DNA from: Octopus sinensis | Taxonomy: Eukaryota | DNA: 64,000 nucleotides | Reading direction: 5' to 3' | Assembly: GCF_006345805.1 (NCBI RefSeq) | Contig: NC_043008.1 | Span: 73,408,001-73,472,000, forward strand | Made by a program: the position numbers and the translations under genes | Notes under the pieces: model-generated | Database searches by the model: none | What the model was told of the DNA's origin: nothing | What the model saw: only the letters and a program-made list of their open reading frames with translations | Shown: piece by piece, positions 63,926 to 64,000 of the stretch | How positions within the stretch are numbered: position 1 is the stretch's first letter | Layout of the letters: the number at the start of each line of letters is the position of its first letter

Positions 63926-64000
<75 letters not shown>
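63926..64000 (+). repeat. (CA)n microsatellite
   Basis: Seen directly. Confidence 0.97.

Overview
AT-rich, microsatellite-dense eukaryotic DNA that is almost entirely transposon-derived. I recognise the SINE families as octopus-like, so a coleoid cephalopod is the likely source (inference, no search run). No host exon, rRNA, functional tRNA or CRISPR array is supported. The main elements are: (1) a young Mag-type Ty3/Gypsy LTR retrotransposon (2869-6902, minus) with 235/236-identical LTRs, an ATCGG TSD, a PBS and a PPT, carrying an in-frame loss of RNase H; (2) many decayed RLE-type (R4/Dong-like) LINE fragments in (AAT)n or (CATA)n arrays; (3) RTE LINE fragments; (4) Penelope-like element (PLE) RT/GIY-YIG remnants; (5) three full-length but dead Tc1/mariner elements; (6) two tRNA-derived SINE families; (7) a near-identical 1.7-kb tandem duplication that may be an assembly artefact. 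The most interesting signal is non-coding. A small cassette of tRNA-like Pol III head + (AAT)n + minimal type-I hammerhead ribozyme (ACAC-CTGATGA-A-GGCTG..CAGCC-GAAAC-GTT-GTGT) recurs at three loci (~9.8-10.2, 29.4-29.9 and 42.2-42.7 kb), each time with traces of a divergent head-to-head arrangement. It is a candidate PLE-mobilised, ribozyme-tailed SINE or retrozyme. Other hammerhead-like folds (one with a possible compensatory U3:A8 core) and long foldbacks (one with a tRNA-like sequence at its apex) also occur.
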